Made by a program: the position numbers and the translations under genes
Origin: Rhodosorus marinus CCMP1338
Taxonomy: Eukaryota > Plantae > Rhodophyta
Direction of reading: 5' to 3'
NCBI GenBank assembly: GCA_029953675.1
Contig: JAMWBK010000006.1
Span: forward strand, 620,001-684,000
DNA: 64,000 nt
Notes under the pieces: model-generated
The model's input: the letters and a program-made list of their open reading frames with translations, nothing else
What the model was told of the DNA's origin: nothing
Database searches by the model: none
Shown here: piece by piece, positions 61,485 through 64,000 of the stretch
Numbering within the stretch: position 1 is the stretch's first letter
Layout of the letters: every line of letters starts with the position of its first letter

Positions 61485-61524
61485 ACACAATTCCGGTCCA
61501 ATGTTTATTGGACCGGAATTGTGT
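61485..61524. repeat. Perfect 18-bp inverted repeat with a 4-nt loop
   Basis: acacaattccggtccaat-gttt-attggaccggaattgtgt, set among repeated CGGAC/GTCCG motifs across 61220-61570. Confidence 0.9.
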
Positions 61525-61702
61525 TCAGATATCGGACGGGATCAGATTTTATTTTTTTTATGAGGCGGACGTAAAAAAACCCTAATTTAGCAAATTCATT
61601 CAGTTTAGCACTAGGCCCGACTTAACCTTAAGGATTCACAGAGTATCAATTTGGCTTGGATCGAATGGGCGCATCCGATGAGAATGATTGCAAGTGTGAA
61701 AG

Positions 61703-63560
61703 ATGAGTTTGGAGAGTATGTTTCACGGGACTGGCTATGTTACATCAACTAGTTTTTACAAGGCATTTGGGAATCGGCACCGCCTCGTAGACCCCGCTAG
61801 AGGTGGAGCTCGGCATCGATACGCAGGGCGACGTTCGCGATGCAGGACGACAATGATTCAGGGCCTCGGAGATCCGGTTGGTCAGACCTGGCTGACCCTC
61901 GCTGTAATGTTCTCTGCTTCTACTGCCGGAATCGTAGGAGAAAAGACGAAAATAGGGGCCCATGTTTCCGCACCCCTCATAACTATGCTAATAGCGATCA
62001 TAGCTAGCGAAGCTGGCGTTATTCCGTCAACTTCTGCTGTGTACGATGTCACGAACAGATACATTGTTCCGCTCGCGATACCAATGCTCCTTTATGAAGC
62101 GGATATTCGAAAAATTCTGAAAACAACAAAGTCGATGCTGATCGCCTTTGCTTGTGGGTTCATCGCAACCGTAATGGGCACGTTGGCAGCGTGGGCAGTG
62201 AGTCAAGATCCAAAGCGAAGCTTTATATGTTTAGAAGACTAAACACAAGTGCAGCTGAACGTAACAAGCCTACGGAAATCCCTCATAGATCGTTCCGCTG
62301 AATTTTGGAGCTGAAGACTGGAAGATTGCCGCCGGTTTGTGCGCGAGACATATTGGAGGTGCTCTCAACCTCGTTGCGGTCTCAGAGGTCACAAGGGTCG
62401 ATCCATCGATACTTACTGCAGGTATGGCGAAAGCCTGAACCCGTGAGCGAAACCAAGACTAAAGGATCTTTCACTTGTCTTGGTTCACGGACAGTTATTG
62501 CAGCGGACAATATAATCGTGTTCTTCTATTTTTTGTGGCTATTCGTTGCCAGTCGAGCTCTCAACAGAGTAGTTCCAGCCGGGAATACTGCGAATGTTTC
62601 TGGTACGCTATTCTGTAATTGCCCTTCCGGCCTCTGCTACGGTACTCCTCTAACTTGTTCCGGTTTCTTCCTGGCTCCCGTTCCGTGCAATCTGAACAAG
62701 GCGATGAAAAGGAAAGCAATACTGAAGACTTTGCAAAGGCTGTAACGATGAGCGCTGTGATTTGTATACTCGCGAAAGTGATCGCAGCGAATATACCGTT
62801 TCCTGCCGGAATCATTTCCACCAGTTCCTTCCTGATAGTGTGTCTCGTGACGGCAGCTCCGCAAGTGTTCCGTCCACTTGTAAAGCCAGGCTCAATCGTC
62901 GGGGTTTTTCTGCTACAGGTACATGCTTCCCGGATGCTCAATCAGCAAAATAACCATGTTGTGGTCGACTCTGATCCATGCGAGCTGTTGGCATTGTGAA
63001 TTGTTGCCTGACCTCCCAAGGCCTCGCCTAGGGACGCCGACAAGGTTGTTTGAACTGACCTTCCCGGACCCTGTCTGATAGAATCAGCTTGCTCCTTTCT
63101 ACTGCTTTATGTTTCCGGTTTGTCCAGGTGTTCTTTGCTGCGAATGGAGCAACAGGGTCGATAGGCATGGTATTTCGGTCTGCACCGCAGTTGATGGTGT
63201 GGAGCGCAGTCCAGTTATTTTTCCACTTTCTCGTCCTTGTTGGACTCGGACGTTTGGGAAAGGTAGATCGGGCCATGCTCTATTTAGCATCAAACGCGAA
63301 CGTTGGAGGTCCCACGACTGCAGCTGCCATGGCATCCGCGATGTCATGGAGAGATCTTGTTGTACCCGCCATTCTCGTGGTAAGATCGGTATTTTGAGTC
63401 TCAGTGTTGGGTGCGAGGCGAGCACTAATCTGAGTGCTCCGGCCGCGATGTCCAATTGCAGGGTATTCTTGGGTATGCAACTGCGACTATTTTCTCACTA
63501 GGGCTGGGAGCTGTACTCCTTCGAATAAGCGCGACTTCAGGATTCCTAGTCCCAAGGTGA
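61703..63560 (+). CDS. DUF819-family multi-pass membrane protein, probably plastid-targeted, multi-exon
   Basis: IGAHVSAPLITML, VYDVTNRYIVPLAIPMLLYEADIRKI, AFACGFIATVMGTLAAW, IAADNIIVFFYFLWLF, LYLASNANVGGPTTAAAMASAMSWRDLVVPAIL, GILGYATAT. Confidence 0.88.
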
Positions 63561-63921
63561 GCAGCTTGCGGAGAGAAATATAGAACACATTGTGAAAGGC
63601 CCAAACCATCAGCGGAGTCTGCATAGATCCGTGTTTCCGAAGCCGACTACGTTACGGTGTCAAAGCGAGGTCGCGGCACAACACCGTTGCCCAAACCCCG
63701 GGTCTTCTTGTACAAGTGGTTTTAGTTCTTGACTATGTGCACGTTTCTCTGTTCTCCCTTGATCAACAATGGACGAAAGATCTCTTTGCACCAAGCGCTT
63801 TCCAAAGTTCAATCCGCAGCCAGAATATTTCACCCCCGAACACCAAGGGGCTATATTACAACGACTGGTTTGCGTTTCCTTTGCAAACAGTCTTGGGCAA
63901 CACAAACGAACAGCTGGGTAT

Positions 63922-64000
63922 CTAGAATTGGTACCATTTCTTCTTTTGCATTTTCTCTTTCAACTTGGTTGCACTATTGCTGAACTGTGCAGAACTCTCC
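63922..64000 (-). CDS. 3' end of a tomosyn/STXBP5-like R-SNARE protein (gene lies outside the window)
   Basis: Frame reads ESSAQFSNSATKLKEKMQKKKWYQF*, matching the remembered tomosyn C-terminus (SAESFSKHAHEIMLKYKDKKWYQF). Only 25 codons are visible. Confidence 0.6.
   Translation of the reverse strand, partial: ESSAQFSNSATKLKEKMQKKKWYQF

Noticed and set aside
61236-61584. TAGGG...CCCTA as hAT terminal inverted repeats
   Set aside because: The match is only 5 bp (8 bp counting outward flanks), and the flanking 8-mers (ccatgaat vs atttagca) are not a target-site duplication.

Overview
Gene-dense eukaryotic nuclear DNA with many short GT-AG introns. A unicellular red alga is the best inference, from the M-x-F-V type plastid transit peptides, tiny introns and compact intergenic spacing. 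Recognisable genes: XRN1, an SDR oxidoreductase, ALG2, a tandem-BRK protein, a ~1,000-aa plastid-targeted E/K/R/A helical protein, an RH22-like DEAD-box helicase, TRAP-beta, UBP6/USP14, MED13, a BASS transporter, a TAF1A/Rrn11-like protein, UTP21/WDR36, RPS2, a Tim17/22/23-family protein, a DUF819 membrane protein and the 3' end of a tomosyn-like gene. Two transposon islands are present. At 23.4-27.4 kb lie a decayed chromovirus-type Ty3/gypsy pol and a TIR element. At 58.1-61.6 kb lie an RLE-type non-LTR retrotransposon, a gypsy gag fragment and a hairpin. No rRNA, intact tRNA or CRISPR array was found. The top find is an unbroken minus-strand ORF (1223 to beyond the window edge; missing from the ORF track because it has no stop in the window) whose N-terminus aligns motif by motif with the TPP1/Est3 telomerase-recruiting OB fold. 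The second is a four-unit exon-intron repeat (1.5-2.9 kb) whose 39-44 nt introns resemble the 3' half of tRNA-Gly. All family assignments come from remembered motifs, not database searches. Boundaries of multi-exon genes are approximate. Several frameshifts sit in homopolymer runs and could be assembly errors.
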